Source: Ilumatobacteraceae bacterium
GTDB taxonomy: Bacteria > Actinomycetota > Acidimicrobiia > Acidimicrobiales > Ilumatobacteraceae
Reading direction: 5' to 3'
Assembly: GCA_030726975.1 (NCBI GenBank)
Contig: JANRCO010000090.1
Span: forward strand, 1 to 59,675
Length of the DNA: 59,675 nt
Below, piece by piece: positions 57,948 to 59,675 of this stretch. Each line of letters begins with the position of its first letter. Position 1 is the first letter of the stretch. Position numbers and translations under genes: made by a program. The notes below the pieces were generated by a model, which ran no database searches, was not told the DNA's origin, and saw only the letters and a list, made by a program, of their open reading frames with translations.

Positions 57948-59162
57948 TTAGCGAGTGAGTTCGGTAATTTCATAGCCCCCACTGCGAGCAGCTGCAAGAA
58001 CTGTTGCAGCATGTTCGAGGCCTCTTGTTTCCAGAACAATTTGGACTCCGGTTTCACGCACATGAAGGTCAACTCCTTCGCGCACATGTTCTACCTCAAC
58101 AAGGTTTGCACCGTTTTCTGCGAACAAACTTAAAAGTTGTGCGAGTCCACCGGGCCGATCAGAGATGCGTACAAACACAATGAGGCGACGCCCTGCTTGG
58201 GTTTCGTGGCGACGAATGAGCCCAGGAATGAGACCCATATCTACGTTGCCACCAGAAAGAACCACACACGTTGTGCCCTGTGTAGATGGCGACACCAATC
58301 CGCGCATGAGTGCTGACACACCAACGGCGCCGCCACCTTCAACAAGTAACTTTCCGCGCTCCATGAGAAGAACCATTGCGTCAGCAACATCTTCCTCATC
58401 TACAACAACGACATCGTCGAGCCACTTTTCAATAATGGGTCGCGTAATTGCGCCGGGTCGTTTTACTGCAATACCGTCGGCAAGAGTGACAACGGGTCCG
58501 TCGGGCCCAGGGGAGTGTGCGTAAGGCGCGCATGCACTGACTTGAACACCAATGACTTTGATACTGGGGTCAAATTGTTTGAGTGCAATTGCTGTACCGC
58601 CTGCTAAACCACCTCCGCCGAGTGGAATGACAACAGTGCGTAAATTTTCAATGTCGTGAATGAGTTCAAGCCCAAGTGTTGCTTGACCAGCAATCACTGC
58701 AAGATCGTCATAGGGGTGGCAAAACGCCATTCCGGTTTCTTGTGCGCGTTCCATGGCATGAGCAACGGCATTATCAAGAGACTCGCCTCCTTCGGAAGCT
58801 GTTGCATCGTATGCACGACAGGCAGCAATTTTTGAAAGCGAAGCTCCGGAAGGGACGAAAATTTCACACTTCACACCGTGTGCTTTTGCCGCAAAAGCCA
58901 GCGCTCCTGCGTGATTGCCAGCACTTCCGGCAACGACACCATGTTGGGCGCTTGCCCCGAGCGTCGAAAGCTTGTTGAGCGCCCCTCGAATTTTGAATGA
59001 ACCGGTGCGCTGAAGGTTTTCAGCTTTCAGCACAATGGTGCCTCCGCAGAGTTCACTTAAGGCAGCCGATGGGGTGATGGGGGTGTGTTTCACATAGGCA
59101 CGCCCCGCGTCTGCTGCAGAAAGAATGTCTTGTGGAGTGATTGTTGTTTCGCCCATCTGCAC
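57948..59162 (-). CDS. ilvA: Threonine ammonia-lyase (threonine dehydratase) with a C-terminal ACT-like domain
   Basis: PLP Lys in GSFKIRGALNKL, plus GGGGLAGG. 404 aa. The start is GTG 59162 or ATG 59156. Confidence 0.88.
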   Translation of the reverse strand: MQMGETTITPQDILSAADAGRAYVKHTPITPSAALSELCGGTIVLKAENLQRTGSFKIRGALNKLSTLGASAQHGVVAGSAGNHAGALAFAAKAHGVKCEIFVPSGASLSKIAACRAYDATASEGGESLDNAVAHAMERAQETGMAFCHPYDDLAVIAGQATLGLELIHDIENLRTVVIPLGGGGLAGGTAIALKQFDPSIKVIGVQVSACAPYAHSPGPDGPVVTLADGIAVKRPGAITRPIIEKWLDDVVVVDEEDVADAMVLLMERGKLLVEGGGAVGVSALMRGLVSPSTQGTTCVVLSGGNVDMGLIPGLIRRHETQAGRRLIVFVRISDRPGGLAQLLSLFAENGANLVEVEHVREGVDLHVRETGVQIVLETRGLEHAATVLAAARSGGYEITELTR

Positions 59163-59175
59163 CTACCGTAGCCCT

Positions 59176-59568
59176 ATGCGTGCAATCCTCATTGCGAACA
59201 AAGGCGACGCTGACGGCGGACATGTTGTTGCCGCCTTCCAAAACATGGGGTATGTCTTTACTCAACTCACACGAGAAGAATCAGACCAGTGGCCACTTTT
59301 GGGTGACGATGTGCAATTGGTGGTGTCGTTAGGTTCTGATTGGTCGGTTTATTGGCCGGAAGTGGCACACCATGTGTACAAAGAGAGTCAACTGCTGAGA
59401 AGTGCTCACCAGGCGGGAATCCCCTTGTTGGGGGTCTGTTTTGGGGCTCAAATACTGGCTTTTGCCCTTGGTGGCGAGGTAAAGGCGGCTCATCACCCCG
59501 AAATTGGGTGGTTTTCAGTGGACTGGGAGCCTGAATTCACCCAAAAAATGCCAGATTTTGTAATATAG
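59176..59568 (+). pseudogene. Class I glutamine amidotransferase, apparently truncated after the nucleophile elbow
   Basis: The nucleophile motif LLGVCFGAQIL is present. Similarity ends near 59530 (EIGWFSVDW), before the His/Glu of the catalytic triad, where base composition changes abruptly. Confidence 0.5.
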
Positions 59569-59675
59569 GAGTCAAAGGCCTCTTTGTTTTGAGAAAACAA
59601 TACTGAAATGCCAAGATCAAATTGATTAATAAATTTGAGTGTATCTTTGCTTGCTCGCCAGCTTTTCCAAACACC
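59493..59675 (-). other. Open reading frame entering from the window edge in AT-rich DNA (5' end outside the window)
   Basis: 60 sense codons read without a stop from position 59675: GVWKSWRASKDTLKFINQFDLGISVLFSQNKEAFDSYITKSGIFWVNSG.... Codon usage is A/T-rich, unlike the rest of the window. It is absent from the ORF track because it has no Met. Confidence 0.3.

Overview
A 59.7-kb, roughly 50% G+C chromosomal segment. It is very gene-dense: most intergenic gaps are under 40 nt, and many stop/start codons overlap. Several hallmarks point to an actinobacterium: the mycothiol glycosyltransferase mshA, a GlnR-type orphan regulator next to GSI and GSII glutamine synthetases, an RsiG-like protein, lysC with an internal beta-subunit start, and a rex-hemACDBL cluster. 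A streamlined Acidimicrobiia-like lineage is my inference only. Nearly all of the content is core metabolism. In order: ask-asd (with a methyltransferase inserted between them), an ArsA/Get3-like ATPase pair plus a receiver domain, NfeD, selA-selB, Fe-S carriers (mrp, erpA), nitrogen assimilation (glnR, glnA, glnII, nadE), mshA, proC and haem biosynthesis. The window ends with a roughly 20-kb single-strand respiratory block, in which a non-canonical Rieske/cytochrome b module runs straight into a complete nuoA-N operon. That module consists of a ferredoxin, a split b6/subunit IV, a Rieske protein and a dihaem c. I found no rRNA, tRNA, CRISPR array or clear mobile element. The items most worth a second look are: (1) the ferredoxin-containing split-b bc module; (2) a repeated cytoplasmic IP(E/D)HLL(K/E)R motif on two of its proteins; (3) a roughly 118-nt multi-helix RNA-like element in the largest non-coding gap, upstream of a DUF62 SAM hydrolase gene; (4) an RsiG-like c-di-GMP-motif protein translationally coupled to an XRE regulator; (5) an abrupt AT-rich break that truncates the last gene at the window edge. 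All functional calls rest on motif recognition by eye. No database search was run.
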